This document shows, in pieces, positions 14,015-28,714 of a stretch of 64,000 nucleotides of DNA. The DNA lies in contig CM097885.1 in the NCBI GenBank assembly GCA_044892525.1, positions 51,772,001 to 51,836,000 on the forward strand. The letters are read 5' to 3'. The stretch comes from Schmidtea polychroa. Lineage: Eukaryota. The notes below the pieces were generated by a model. The model was not told the origin of the DNA. It saw only the letters and a list, made by a program, of their open reading frames with translations, and searched no databases. Within the stretch, counting starts at the first letter, position 1; each line of letters begins with the position of its first letter. Made by a program: the position numbers and the translations under genes.

Positions 14015-14866
14015 TTCTTTATTGAAGAAATTTATAATTTTTAATAATTAATTTTCAAAATACTCAAAATATTATTGTTGAATTTTTCTTTCAAATCCAC
14101 AATTGCAGTGAAGAGCACTTGAAATAATCAAGAATGAAAAATGTATATTTTGGTGATAATTGGGCGATAATTATGTCGCGATTGATAATTAAACAAATAC
14201 ACTTTTATTTCACAAATTATGTCTGAATTAAACCAGTAATTGTTGTAATTGGAATGATCTCTTAAACGGAGTTGAAATTTTTCAATTTTCATTTTGTCTG
14301 ACTGATTATTAATTTCTGAGTTACAGTGGGACAATATTTCATTATTTTATTTGCCAAATTAGTAAACGCCACAAAATATATTTATTGACTAAAATTGTTT
14401 TAATGGTATTTTTTGATTAGTTTTCTCACTTAAATATCAAGGTCAAATTATATGAAGGATGTTTTGAGTTATTATGGGAACTTTTAAAATACTTTATTTT
14501 AAATATAACTATCATTAAACGCAAAAAGGAAGTGCACAGCAAATACAAATTAAAAGGATAATAATAAACCCGAATGTATCATTAAATGAAATTTATTTAT
14601 AAGAATTATTTTGTTAATGAGTTTCCTTTTACTTTAATAAAATCTTTGGGTTAATTTGGTTTTTAATTGTAATATTACTTAAACGCTAAAGAAGTAAAAA
14701 TAAAGAAAAATAGCAAATTAATTTTTGCAGAAACAATAGAATATTAATGATAAATGTTAAAGGAAATGTTTAAAAAGTTAATTTAGAAACGAAATAATAT
14801 TCATATTATTAAGTAAATATGATAACCTATCTGGTCATACAATATATATATGTATATATGTATAAC

Positions 14867-14988
14867 TAAGGTGACCAGACGTCCCGCCTTTGATTACCAT
14901 ATTATTTTTATTCTATATGAAAGTTTTTGTTGATACCCCCTCCTTCAAAGTTGTCCCGCTTTGCCCATCTAAAAATCTGGTCACCCTA
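14867..14988. mobile_element. hAT (Blackjack-like) MITE, 122 bp
   Basis: TIRs TAAGGTGACCAGA / TCTGGTCACCCTA, internal GTCCCGC repeats, degenerate TSD TGTATAAC/CGTACAGC. Confidence 0.75.
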
Positions 14989-15929
14989 CGTACAGCATAT
15001 TAGGTTAAATCTTTTATACAACAAAGTTCATATTATTTTCACCAGTACAAATATAAATAAATAAAGATTAATAAAAAAAACCCCACAAAATTAACTTGTT
15101 TTATTTACACTCTTACAAAATTGTTAAAATATTATGAAACTGGATTTTGTTCAAATCAAATCGTTTAAAACAATAAGTAACTAAAAAAATATGAAATGTT
15201 TTAATGGATAAACCTAGCAACTTTAACTGAATTAATCGTTTGCAGATATAAAAACGCAAACTTTGTGCGTTTGTCCTGTATAAAAAAGGCTTTAACAAAT
15301 TTTTCATTAAAATTTTGAAAAGTGGAATTTTCCTTTCATTTGGCTTTTACAATTGTCACTAACTAATTTTAAATACTATTCTAGAAATAAATTTTTATAA
15401 TTAAATTTCACAGTTGACAACTATAAAATACCACAAAATAAATCTGTATTTCGTTCCCTAAAAGTAAATTACCTTCAACCAAATTTATTTTACTCAAAAT
15501 TCAATAGTGTATGTATTACAAAATGCACTTATGAATGCCGTCAAAGATTGACGAACAGCTAAAAAAATATTTTATCTATATGAAAGATGAGGTTTTATTT
15601 ATTTGAAAATAATATGTATTCTAGTTGTTATTTAAATTCAAAAATATTTTTTTTTCAATTATTTAAACAATTTTGCGTCCTTTTTGTTGCGAATAATCAT
15701 ATTTCAGATGAATGACTAATCAATATTTCAATTACTTCTTCAGCTAAAGTTTGCTCATTTACACTTTCTGACATTCATGTTCTCATTAAATTCTCCGAGA
15801 AATTGATAATGGGAATATTGTCATCAAATACTCCGTTATTCTATTTCCATTCGCCATATTTCAACTGCGATATTTAGTAATTTGTTTGTTTTAATCAAAG
15901 AAAGAATATTTAATTTGTCATAAATCATT

Positions 15930-15982
15930 GTAATTATTAATAATTATTTAATATTATTATTTATTATTATTATTATTATTAA

Positions 15983-16073
<91 letters not shown>
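15930..16073. repeat. (TAT)n microsatellite
   Basis: TAT array. Confidence 0.97.
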
Positions 16074-17071
16074 TTATTCATTTTACAAGTACATATTGTA
16101 TTCACTATATATCTTTAATTTCTAAGATGATTTTAAAAGTCAGAATAAAATAGAAAAAAATTAAAAATGGAAAATTTTACATTCAACTATATATTATAAT
16201 ATCTTTACGGTCATGTTTTTTCTTTAAAAATATATACTAAGACTACAATGTATATAACTTCACAAACCTTAAACAAACTTATTAGTGTTTGTAATTTTTT
16301 ATTAGATTTTAAATATATATTCTAGAGGATATTTACAGTACTATCCAAAGATTATGTTGTAATAAAACATGCTGTGTACTATCAAATAAAAAATTATAAA
16401 ATAAAATTCAGTCATTCATTTCTATACATTTTATGAAAGATTTTAAGATTCATATTAATTAAGATTGTTAATAATGTTAATAATATTTATGGTAGTTTAT
16501 GCATTTAAAACTACAACTCAAAATATTTACAATATATTTTCCAAGATTTAAAGAATTTCTTTTAAAAAATGATTATAGATGATTTTTTGAAGATTTAATA
16601 TAACAGATTTTTAATGATATTAATACACTATACACTTACAATGACATAAAATGGCTACATGGAACATCTGCACATTTAAAGAAATTGCATTAAAATTGAC
16701 CAAACATTTTCTATTAAATAACAAAAATATAAATAATAATTTTTTCTTTTCAATTCAATTAAAAATATTGAAATATCAAAAAATTGAAATTTATAACAGT
16801 AATCAAGAAAAAAAATTTTTGCAAAGATTTCCTATTTGAAAAGAGGGAAATATGAATCAAATTTAGATATTTTAAATTATTTGTTATTAAAATAATCGAT
16901 GCATTATATTTTTTATATTATTTTTATATTATATTTTTAAATGCATTAATTTTTTAGATCGATTTATCAATAATAACAATTTAAGATTTAGATAATACAT
17001 CAATGGAAACAGGCAGTCAAAATAATTTCTTTATAGTTATAACAACAACGATAATAATAATAATAATAAAA

Positions 17072-17126
<55 letters not shown>

Positions 17127-17180
17127 TAAGAAAGCGACACTCGAAAATTCGTTTTTCTATGTTTCGACAATTTTCCCGTA
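17127..17180 (-). mobile_element. Truncated copy of fold-back family A abutting (TAT)n
   Basis: TAAGAAAGCGACACTCGAAAATTCGTTT...TTTCGACAATTTTCC aligns with the copies at 29869, 33165/33545 and 41764. Confidence 0.65.
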
Positions 17181-17196
17181 ATGCAATTTTCCCGAG

Positions 17197-17466
17197 TGTA
17201 ATGTAAAATGTAAATAGTAAGTAAAGAATATTACACTTCAACACATATAATTAAAATTACATTACATTGGGATAATAGTTGGTGCTGGTGCTTTAAAATA
17301 CGAAGGTAAGAGTATACATTTACCAAAACGTAAAGGCAGGTGTACACATTTGCCTGGAAATGTACATATACATTATATTCAGTTCACTTACACCTAACTT
17401 TTTGGGAAATGTACACATTTTACGGTAAAAGTGTACATTTCCCAAGATTGTACATTTACCGTAACA
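17197..17466. mobile_element. Unclassified MITE-like element with GTACA(CA)TTT subterminal repeats
   Basis: Right end GTACATTTACCGTAACA followed by (TA)n; several direct and inverted AAATGTAC/GTACATTT units; left end poorly conserved. Confidence 0.5.
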
Positions 17467-17795
17467 TATATATATATATATATATTAATTCTTATTCTTT
17501 ACATAAATGAATTTGTTTTATTATGCTCTATCCATGAAATTTAGTTTTGTTGTTATCATTGGTCAATATTGTCAAAATCCCAAAAGTGTACTTATATTTA
17601 TAATCATTGAATTTTAAACTAGTAATTATTAAGTAATTATTATTTTAAGTAGAATATTTTAACGATTAACAAATAATATTTAGAAAAAATATTAGTAAAA
17701 CCTATTTTGAAACTATTCAATATTATAATTTGTTTTAATTATCAAATTTTATGAAAATCATTTAAATATTACTTATAAATAATAAAGTTAAAAAC

Positions 17796-18584
17796 CTTAA
17801 TAATTATTTCATCAAGATTAATATCTTCATATACAGATACTTCATAAGTTGTTTTACTAAATTCCGGTGCACAATCATTGATATTGACAACTTGCAAAGT
17901 TACATTCATATTTGCGGACATGCTTTCATCGTTTTTTTGATATGCAGACAGAGTGAATCGGTATTGTTTTTGTTTTTCATAATCTATGTCAATTAGTAAT
18001 CGCAACCTTGGACCCCTTGAGTTATGTTCTTCTAAATTAAATGCAGAATGATCGCCGGATATTCGATAAGCGATTTCTTTGTTTTTCAATGAAATATCTT
18101 TGTCAACAGCTGCTGGTAAATAAATAACCATATTTTTTCGATGAATTACTTCTTTGATTTCCATTGTGAATTCTGGTTTTTCAAATTCTGGTTTATTGTC
18201 ATCGATATCGAGAATAATTATAACAATTTTGATTACGGAAATTAGAGTTTTTTGTCTATTGACATTGACGTTTAGAGAAATAGTTGCCGATTCTTTATCA
18301 GCACAACTGTTGAAGCATAACACTTCTAGGTCAATTACTTTTGACGTGTGGATATCTCCGGATTTCGGATCTATGGAAAATATATCCGTAAATAAACCGA
18401 ACGAATATGACAGTTCTTCGTCAACATGTTTTGCAAGTTTAATTCGTCCGACGAATGTTTTAATCGGTTGATTTTCTTCGATAGTGAATTTCTGTACTCC
18501 ATCAAATGTATTGAAAAGAATTGAATATACGTAAGAAAAATGAAATAGAAGTACAATTGAAGGGTTTTCGATTAGTTGCACCAT
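17796..18584 (-). CDS. Protocadherin-like cell-adhesion protein, first coding exon (probable signal peptide, EC1, EC2, start of EC3)
   Basis: ATG at 18584 with hydrophobic N-terminus. EC1: FTIEENQPIKTFVGRI...IDLEVLCFNSC (protocadherin-type Cys pair)...LDIDDNKPEF. EC2: LPAAVDKD...IDYEKQKQYRFTLSA...NINDCAPEF. EC3 start: YEVSVYED. Probable phase-0 donor AAG|GTTTTT at 17796/17795. Confidence 0.93.
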
Positions 18585-18787
18585 CAAGGTGAAGAGTTAT
18601 GAAAAATTGTATTATAAACTTCAAATTCGAATTTAAATAAACCCAGAAATAGCAAAAGAACAAATAGAATTGCTTTTTAAATATTCCTTTCAACCATTGG
18701 ATAATGTTTAGTTGAAAAACTTTGAATTTATCTAAATCCAGGATGGATTTTAAATCATTCTAATGAATTTTTTTGTTTAAAGCATTT

Positions 18788-18826
18788 TCATTGGTTGAAT
18801 CTAAATTATATCAAATATCATTGGTT
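18788..18826 (-). promoter_or_regulatory. Tandem CCAAT boxes upstream of the protocadherin ATG (candidate NF-Y promoter)
   Basis: AACCAATGA on the gene strand at 18796-18788 and 18826-18818, exactly 30 bp apart; a third, ATCCAATGG, near 18694-18702. Confidence 0.5.
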
Positions 18827-19120
18827 AAGTTATTAAAAGATTTTTACGAAATTATTGTCTAACCAAAATAATCTTCAATAAGTAATTTGTTTTAATAATA
18901 TTAACAACTAAAATCTGATAATAATAACTTTAATTATTTTAGAAAAAGTATATATAATTAAATTAGATAATAAGCTTTAAAATGTATGAATTTTAAAATT
19001 TAATTTATATGCAGTTGAAGGTTATCCATAAAAACAAAAAATATATTTATAAAAAATACTATGACATTTCATCAACTTTATTGAATTTATAAATTATCAT
19101 TAAAATATCTGAGATTTTCG

Positions 19121-21302
19121 TATAGAGGAGAAATGTGAGTGTTTGACGCATTTTTTGAGTTTTCCCGATACCTCACTGATCTTGAAAAGTTCTCAGAACT
19201 ATAATTTCAGTGCTATTCCGTGCTATCGCGGTTTTTGGGAACACAATAAAATTCTAATAGCTTTATTAGGCAATCAAATATTTTCCCTGTCGTACTGTTT
19301 CCAGTGTAATCCAGAATACAAGGTGTTTAACCATCTTATACCCGTTGAACGATCAATGTTTGTAATCGATTAAGTGAGTTTTTGCCAGGAAAAAGGAAGC
19401 TCTCTCTCAGAACTATAATTAATAAACATTTTAAAGGGTTTATGAACTATCGATAGAAGATATCTGTCTGGTTTCCTCCTCGGTTTCTTTTTCGTTTACT
19501 ATCCCAAATAAATTCATCAATCAAAAAATAATTTATTATCTGCGACATATAACGACAATTCTGATATCAATTTCCATTAGTGGGTGCTTCCACTTTCTAA
19601 CTAACTTAACTCCACGCGAATCGAGAAAAGTTTGGTCAAGGACCTGAGCGTCTTTTCGTACTTGATATCAGATCCTTTCCTTTTCTAGAGCCCATGGCGA
19701 ATACATTTGAGGTAGAATAGGTATCCAGCTCGTATATCAATCAGACAGAAATAGCTCTTAAACGGCAGTTGGTAACACACTATGTGTTATGGCGTTATCA
19801 TTGAGTTCCTTTGGTTTCAAATTGAGTAATCATTAATTTAGGGAGGATACGTATCTCAGTTTGGTTTTGCACGGTCTGCTTTTTCGACCTGTTTTTTATT
19901 TCATTATTGTCATTCCCGAGTAGTGGATTGAATCTACAAAGTGATATGCTTTTTCCACGTAGAAAATTAATTTTTCTCTTATGTTGCTTAACGTTTGATG
20001 CTTGCAAGACTGTCTGGATTTCTTCCAATTTAGCCATTACAATATCAATTGCAGAAACTTTTCCCTGACTTTGAGAGCTTGTTCGTTTTATTCGTGACGT
20101 AGCAATAGCTCTATCCAGTGGAAAAATTGAACATTTTTGGAATCTAATGATCACATTCTCTTGAGTGATGAAAGAAACATGGGAAATTATTTTAGGAATC
20201 ACTGTCAAACATTGTCCTTTATGTTGTTTCTAGTAGGCGAGTACCTGTTGCTAGTACTTCTTCAGAGCTGTAAATACACTTACGTCTAGTAGTTGATGTA
20301 AATGTGTCATATTAGGTGATATACATAGAAAATATATATTCATCTCGTTGAACCTTTTGGGTCAAACATTATCTCTAATAAGATACTTTTTATCAAGAAG
20401 CCAGCGACAAAAAGGTACAGCAACTAAAAAGAACCAGTCCTTGAAACAAATGTTAGCCTATTGCTATGACATGGTAACTGTACTTCAACAGAAAAATATT
20501 CATAAGAAGAGAATATGTAAACTTGTTTTGAAGTACTAGCACTGGTAGTCACAAAAAATTGATTATTCCTAGAGTCGTGGATTTTCTTTCATTACTGAAC
20601 TAATCCCAATAAAGGAAAAGCTGAATTGTTACTAAAAAGTCAAACATCATTCTCGATTTTTAATTTAATGCCTATATGATACATCGCAAATTATAAAACA
20701 ATGACCATAAAGCTACACATGGATTTACCCGAATTACCAGAAAGGTGCTAATATTACATTTTAAGAAAGTGTACAAAAATCATGTTGTCAACCTACCTTT
20801 GAATTTATGCACTAATTTTCTTTCGCAAATAAATCCAAATGTTCATTTAAATATTCCCTACAGAAAAATGTTAATGCCTTTGAGTGTTTAAAACAATTAA
20901 AGAACATTTTTAAAGCTATCGAACTCACCCCATTTGACGGTATTCACAAATGATTTTCAAATCAGTTTAAATAACTACCGTATGCCAGATAATTGTTTTA
21001 CCTACTTCTAACAAAATTGTTTGACCTGCATATGAAGGCTTGTCAAAACAAATGTTTTCCTGATTTAAAAGACCATCAATTTTTATACCTCTTCGAAATT
21101 TTGGTTTTGAAGTATAAGTCACCATCTTGCATTTGGAATTGCATGGTCATAAACTTATTCTTTTCTTCAAATATTCCACAGGTTTTCCATTATGAATTAC
21201 CAAGTAATAGCACATAAAAATAAATAATAACATATTCAAGGTCAGCGTGGACATCGCAATAACTCATAGTGACATTATACACTCACATCTCCCTAGTCCA
21301 TA
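19121..21302 (-). mobile_element. Degenerate pogo/Tigger-family (DDE_1) DNA transposon
   Basis: Minus strand CFKDWFFLVAVPFCRWLLDKKYLIRDNV and FLCISPNMTHLHQLLDVSVFTALKKY*QQVLAY*K (cf. LPPNSTHLLQPLDVxxFxPLKxxW). Inverted terminal core ATGTGAGTGT at 19133-19142 and 21279-21288. Confidence 0.8.
19265..19470 (-). mobile_element. Retroelement fragment (possible aspartic-protease region) nested in the pogo element; paralogous to 33645-33840
   Basis: SIDSS*...FINYSSERELPFSWQKLT*SITNIDRSTGIRWLNTLYSGLHWKQ; NTLYSxLHWKQ is shared with the 33.7 kb copy. Confidence 0.45.
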
Positions 21303-22231
21303 TAAAACATTTTAGCCTTGTTTTTCCTAAAATAATTTTTAATATACCAATATAATTTTAATTAGAATTTAATATAGAATGTCAGACTATTAATTTCAAG
21401 ATACACTTTCTTTATTAATTAATATTTATTGTACTCGGCTTTCAGTTGGAAATAAATTATTGTTTTAATATACTTCCAATTTATATAATATGCATTTTAT
21501 TAAATTAACCTCTAGTGTTTGGATATTGTAAAAAACTGAGAATGAGAAGAATTAAATAAATTTATATACATATGTTTTCATTAAATCTTTCACATTTCCA
21601 ATAATTTTTAATAAAAGGATTTTGAAATTTGAATTTCATATTGTATTAAAGTTCCTAAAACTTTACAGAAACTATAAAAGAATTGAAAAAAAAATTTAAA
21701 TATTTTAATTTTTATATCTGTCCTGCATATTTCTATCTGTATTGCTTTTGATAATAAAAACTGGAAATTTATGACTTTCATTAAAGTTTTTTTTTCAATT
21801 ATTTAATGATATTTTCAATATATTTTACTTTGTAATTATCATGATTTTTTGTTTAACTAAAAAATTTCTAAGAAGTTCAAAACTAATAATTGGAATTTAT
21901 TAAATTTTGAAGGGACTAAATTTATCTCAATATCTTTGTAAATTAAAAGAGGACGACAAAACGAGTATTCAGAAATTTATAAAAGAGGATGTGACATGCA
22001 GTTAACTGTTTAGATCCGTGGATCTTTTAGCACTCTTGTTGTTGGTATTAAATGATATTGCTTACAATAATGCTTAATAATCTAAGGCTGAATTTCTAAA
22101 CCAGAATTACCAAAAAAGTCCAATGTCAAAATTTTAATAGAAATCGAGGGAAAATAACAAACAGACCGTGACGTCTTTTGTAAGCTGTCTTTCAACAAGT
22201 CTAGTGGTTCACAAATGTGCTTCTTTTCATG

Positions 22232-22234
<3 letters not shown>

Positions 22235-22302
<68 letters not shown>
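22235..22302. repeat. (TA)n microsatellite
   Basis: 34 TA units. Confidence 0.98.
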
Positions 22303-22305
<3 letters not shown>

Positions 22306-25300
22306 TATAATTGAAAAAACTGGATATTCCTAAGCTCAGAAGGGATGTGATATTGTTTTCGGAATAAGATTAAAATTATTAATGTTTGTAGGTAATGAGT
22401 CAATTTTTTTGAAAGACTTAGTGTATAAATAAATTTATTGCAATTAAGAGAAAGATTGTTTTGGTTAATTTCAATATTATTCCATAATGTAAACTATATA
22501 TATGGAATTAGTGTAATAAATTTTCTAAGTGTAACTATGGAAAGTTCATAATAGAGTAAAAACAAAACTACGATCCACTAATACAGTCAGATAATGATAT
22601 TGATGTTTAAACAATTAAACATTAAACAACTGAATTAATTAAAACAATAAAACTTTGCAATTTTCTTATGAGTTTTGTCTTGATAACAAATAGTCATTTC
22701 ATTATATTTGTCATTTAAACCTATAAAGCTGATATCTATAAGAGCTTTTTAACTTTTGTATCTTTTAATTATTTTTAAAATATTTATTATCCAAACTCCA
22801 TGAACCTTAATACCATAACTTTTACCAATACGAAAATTATGTCAAATAGAAAGATTGCCAGCAGCGTGAACTTTTAACACTTAATTTTCATTAATAAATA
22901 TAATTTTGCCAACTTTTGATGTATAGACACATCTACTATATTTTATAGTTCTTTTAAGGCCCAAGTGTTTGAAAAAAAAACAGTTCATACTTTTCTGAAT
23001 TAATTTTTGGAAATGATTATTCCAATGATTTAAAATGCATGAGACCTTTGCATAATAAATTCCATTTTATTAATAAATTAAAACAAATAATTCATTGAAG
23101 TTATTTTGATTGGTTGAATAGAATTATTAAGTAAATTCCCGGGAATTTGAAAAGAACATACTAAATGAAAAATTGTACCAGATGATAGGACTAATTATAT
23201 TAAATTATCAATTATAAATGAATTGTGAAATTTCATTATAATTTAATTATTTCAAATCCCTTTGCATGTTAGATCCAGAAAGATTTTATTGAATTGAAAA
23301 TAAATTATTTTCGATTAAAACATACAATTTAAATAATTCTTTTTTAAATTAACTAGAATAACATATATTTTAAATATTTGCGACTTAAAATATTGAATAG
23401 GGATAATTAACAGGGCAGATTAGTATCAAGAGTTGTTTCAATTCGTAAAAAAGAAATCCACTTTGATGTGGATAATAAAATCAAATTTATGATAACACTC
23501 ACATTTGATAGTTGTTTTAAATGTTGAAAATTGTAGTGAAATTTTTATGTAAATTTGCATATATTTTTTTTTGATTTTTATAAACCGACACTGAAAGTAT
23601 GAAATATAAAAGTGTTGGGGGTTTCAAGCTAACCTTAACATGTAACCGTAATAAATTGAAATTAAAGAAAAAGATTGGAATCATTTTTAAACAAAAAGGT
23701 GATGAAATAAAATTTAATTAAAATGTGATGAGTATAAAATTAATAAAAAATTTTAAAAATGTGGAATTCATTATTTTTCAGAAGAAATTGATAGCGACAA
23801 GTAGTAATTGAAAGTTAAAGACAAATCCAATATTTTTTAAGTAATTTTAAAGATGCTATTGTCTATATACAAATTAATTAATTAATTAATTTTTTCTGTG
23901 AACATCATTGATTTATTCTAGAAATTAAAATCTCTGAATTTGACTGACCGATTGGTGGCATAAAGCATTGCAATAATGTTGGAAAAATGTATGTTTTAGG
24001 CAGTTGACAAAATATCACAAACCGAGTCTGGTTGACAGATTCTTGCTTGTAAAGCCTGTTTTACGTTTGTTCTTCAGGGACATCATATTTAAAAAGCTGT
24101 CTTCATCCCTAATAACTCTTTAAATTTCTAATTGGGCGTCTTTTTTTCTTGAAAGGTGTGAAGGGGCCACGAATTTGAATTTTGTATATATTCTATCAAA
24201 GTTTTTTAATCATTCAATTAATTCCAGACTGCAAATAACTTCAAGAAGGGAATATCATGTAATTACTTCTTTCTTTAAGAGAAAACATAGTTGAGAAACG
24301 TAAGTCATGGTGTAAAGAATTATTTTATTATATTTTATAAACATTCTCGAGTGAGAGATATAATAACAATGTGAGCTTAACATACAAATTAATGCGAATA
24401 TACATATAAGAATGTAAGAATACGAGAATATACACTCCTTCATTGATGGAAGGAGTGAATATAGTTATGAATTTGAAGACCTTTTAGTATCATTATGATC
24501 TTTTTTTTAACTCAGAGCTCGTAAATCAATTTTTATTTGTCAAAAATAGCGGGTAAATCAGTCATCTGCAACTCACCCAGATTGCATCAGTGACTTTTCA
24601 AAATCTCTATTCAATCAACTAATCCTTTATATTTTAATTGGTTAATTTAATTAGGTAATTTAATTAAAGTTTTTAGTCATGAGTCATCTTTTTGTGGGGT
24701 TGTTTTTTATTTAATATAACATATACAAAATAATATATCAAACAGTATTTACTGCCGCATATCAGCCAGACCTATATATCAGCCGTTCTATATCAATTAC
24801 AAAAACCAACTCCCCAAAAGGCTACTCATACCAATTTTTATTCATCACCCTTTTTTGATAGAAACATTCTCTCCTAATATTGTCCTAAACTCATTTAGTT
24901 TCCATTTTGCATCATTTATTTGATTACTATCATTTAAAGAAAAAAAGTTATTTTTTTAATATCTAATCAAGTAATAGTTTAGCCTTGACTATTCAAGTTA
25001 AAAATTTGTTATTAATGGTAAACAAAAGTCGATCTTGATTAAAATCTTATAGAAATTGACAAAATGAAATAATTTCAAATTTGTTCAGCTAAATCTAAAT
25101 TTGTTTAACAGTTAATGTAAATCTGATAGTTCGATTTGGTTATCCCTGACCCCCAGGGATTTATTCATACGGATATCTGCCAGATTTAATAATTTTACAT
25201 TAAGACAGAAATATTTCAGTGAAAGATTTGAAGGATTTAATTTGCTTGAGCTTTCCAAAATCATCTTATTTACGTAATAGACATTTAGTAGACCTATTGA

Positions 25301-27482
25301 AATAAATATTAAAAGGAAAAAACTATATTTTCAAGCGAAAAAACATTTTCAAAAAATTTAATAAAATATAAAAATCAATATAAACCAAATTATTGATTTA
25401 TAATATGAAAATAATTGCAAACGAAAATGAATTTTTTTGGAAAAAAATAAAAGATTTTACCGATTTTATAAGTAATTTGATAAATTTGAAAGTAATCAAT
25501 AAATATTTACTGTCGAAAAATGTCAAAAAAATAATAAAAATATCTTTATAATTTTTGTCATATAATTAACATAAGATTATAAATGTAATCTGTCTAAAAT
25601 ATTTTTTTAAAGTTGATATAAATCTGTTGTTTTAATTGAGATAATTAAATCTTTGTGAAATGTCTTTTCGAGTAAAAGATTCTTAATTAGTCTAGAGGCA
25701 ATTTATAATCTTACAAGATTAATACAATTATGAGATTTCATATTATAGTTAAACCGGTATGACGAATTTTAATTTAGCATATTAAAAGAAATCCCATCTA
25801 AACGTGGTTTTGAGAAACGGTTTAAGAAATAATTGTAAGAGTTAAATTTTTTTTAAAAATAATATGAATTAAAACACAGCCTGATTCCAGCCATGAGATA
25901 TTGTTTATTGCTAGAAATTTAAATAAAAATATTGGCTCAAGTAATATGTTGAATAAAATGGAAAATGCCGCCTATCCCATTCGCCAAATAAAATGAAGAT
26001 ATAAAAAATATATAAAGATATAAAAAATATATCAAAATCATAAGCAAACTAAATATGTTAGTTTGATATACAAGTTTTATATACATTCTTCTATCCAAGT
26101 CAGTGTTTCGTGCCATGTGTATTCTCAAAAACATGCGTAAAAATAAATTGAGTTTAAACACAATAATGATTTCATTGATGTGAAATAAATGAAACAACTT
26201 TAAATATATAATATTGGAATTATATTAACATTTTCTACTTGAGTATACTAAAATTTCAGTATACAAACATTTAGACTTTTACATACAGAAAATAGGTGTT
26301 CACGACTTTTTTTGGGTGACTGTACATGTATACTCGAAGTAGTCTATATCAGTAATCAATGTATATTTGTTAGAAATATTTTATTATGTCTAATATCATT
26401 TCACAAATTCTTGGCAGAAATATGGTTACTTGGATGTCGTATATCATTTAGCAAATTCTTAAGTTATTTTAAATATTTTTTTGTCAAACATAGACCATTT
26501 CATAGACAATTCATAGACAATTTGCATAAATTTAATAGAAATATTTTTTTTCTTTTTAGAATTCATAGTAATCACTTTGTTAAGAACGTTATTACAAATG
26601 GAATGAGTTGAAAATCATTGAAATCTGTTAACAAATTTTTTTATAAATTGTAAAATACATTTTGCAAATTTATTTCAATTTTTAGGTAAATCATTGAAAG
26701 CACTTTGTGAAAGAGGTAATTTAGAATTGAATGAACTACAAAACTTTGAAATCGACTGAGAAGAGTTTTGATAAATTGTGAAAAACCTTATTTGTTTCAT
26801 TTGATTGTTTTACCTGTTGAGTCTTTGTAAGCATTTTGTAGAGTAGGTTGTAATGAATTAAATGAGCCATAAAAACTTGAAATCCATGAAGTAAATTTTG
26901 TTGGGTTATTGGGTCGTTGGTGAAATTTAAATTTAATGAATTATTTCTCTGACTCCAAGCGTGCCTTTCGTTGACCCACAAATAACAATTAACACTGGAA
27001 ACTTTATTGAATATCACAAATATTTTTACAATGATACAATTGGCTCAACAAATTAATACAGTACGTATTACAACACTATGGTGAAGAATAGCACCCGCGT
27101 ATAACCTTGATTTGACAAATCTCTCACAACTGAAGAGTATAACAATTGGTAATTCAACTGGTTGATTTCTAGTTTGTCTTCGATTTACTCTCCGAACTTT
27201 ATTCTCTTATTAATTGAATAGGCTCTTGCTGCTTATTCCTTTATTTCTTCTGCTTTTCTCTTTACGTTTCTCTGTTTCAATTCACTTCAAATTCTTCAAA
27301 TAAATGTCGTCTTATTATCTCAATTATTCTGTCCATTGTCGCAATACTATGTCTAAAATCTTCTATTGCAACTCTGTTCCACAATATTCTGATGCAAATG
27401 TTCTCTCTTAATCGTTTCGCCCCATTATTACTCTCTTTTTGTTCTCTCCTAACTGTCCCTCTCTTAACTTCTTCTTCTTTTT

Positions 27483-27513
<31 letters not shown>

Positions 27514-27578
27514 TTATTATTATTATAATTATTGTAATGTATTGTAATTATTTATTTTTCTTGGGTTTGTTAACCGTA

Positions 27579-28353
27579 TGTTATAAATTTAAATTACAAT
27601 CCTTCACGTCGTACGTGGCGAAGGTTTTTATTTTATGTTCGTAAAAAAACAAACTATATAGTGATAATTTACCATAGTAAATTATCACTATAGAAAAATA
27701 ATTACAAATATTAAAAAAATCGATAAGCAGTATAAGAATTATTCAGAAATACAAATATACAAAACCGAAGTAAAAATTGGATTCTAAACTATATATTAAG
27801 AAACAAAGTGATTATTCATAATTGTGATACGAAACAAAATCATCTGAAGTTATTCTCTGAAAATCATCCTACAGAATATAGTTATTCTCTCATTATAAAT
27901 AAAGGCCTAAATCTCTTTTTCCGGACAATTTTACAAAGGTATTATTCTTGAGTGCAAGAGAAGACAGAATCGTCCGAAGTAATCCTCTGCAAATCATCCT
28001 CCTAGATATAATTATTCTGCAACCACAAATACCGGACTAAATATTTGCCTCCGGACAATTAACAAAGTATTAAAGTTTATTGGAAATCATCCTCCTAGAT
28101 ATAATTATTCTACAATCACAAATACCGGACTAAATATTTGCCTCCGGACAATTAACAAAGTATTAAAGTTTATTGGTTAATAAAAGTATATAAAAGTCAA
28201 ATCATTGTTGCATATTAATTATTATTTTTTTTATATACTATTGTCGCGTTACTATACACAACTTACACCCCGATTGTCCCAACACATATTTTTTAAAGGA
28301 GACTCTTTCGGCACTTCAATTTTCTTATTACTCTGCGTAAATAACATATAACA
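27579..28353. mobile_element. Possible solo LTR
   Basis: TGTTATA...TATAACA inverted ends, AATAAA near 28179, internal tandem repeats; no TSD found. Confidence 0.35.
27991..28176. repeat. 93-bp tandem duplication, with a diverged third copy at about 27861-27945
   Basis: AAATCATCCTCCTAGATATAATT...AAAGTTTATTGG at 27991 and 28084, two substitutions. Confidence 0.95.
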
Positions 28354-28358
28354 TAACA

Positions 28359-28507
<149 letters not shown>

Positions 28508-28714
28508 AAAAGTAACGTTACATATTTAAAAGAAACAACCCGATTGAATATAAATTTGTTTATACAAATTGACTTTGAATTGGTTCACTCAGTATTGCGC
28601 AATTGGATTGAAATAGGAAATCGTCATCTTTCTTCATGAAATACTTTGTATCGATATGTAACTTTCTAATTCTCGGTTATTTGAACAAGTAATATTTCTC
28701 TTTTTTATCTTATA

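Noticed and set aside
15700..15870. Minus-strand GVFDDNIP as a possible next cadherin exon
   Set aside because: Short frame bounded by stops, with no other cadherin motifs
18154..18693. ORFs 18154-18471(+), 18371-18556(-) and 18502-18693(-)
   Set aside because: Antisense or alternative-frame shadows of the protocadherin exon
26300..27470. Decayed protein-like frames on the minus strand
   Set aside because: Probably retroelement-derived, but no diagnostic motif recognised
27861..28176. CRISPR-like array
   Set aside because: Whole 93-bp units are duplicated with no unique spacers; eukaryotic context with no cas genes
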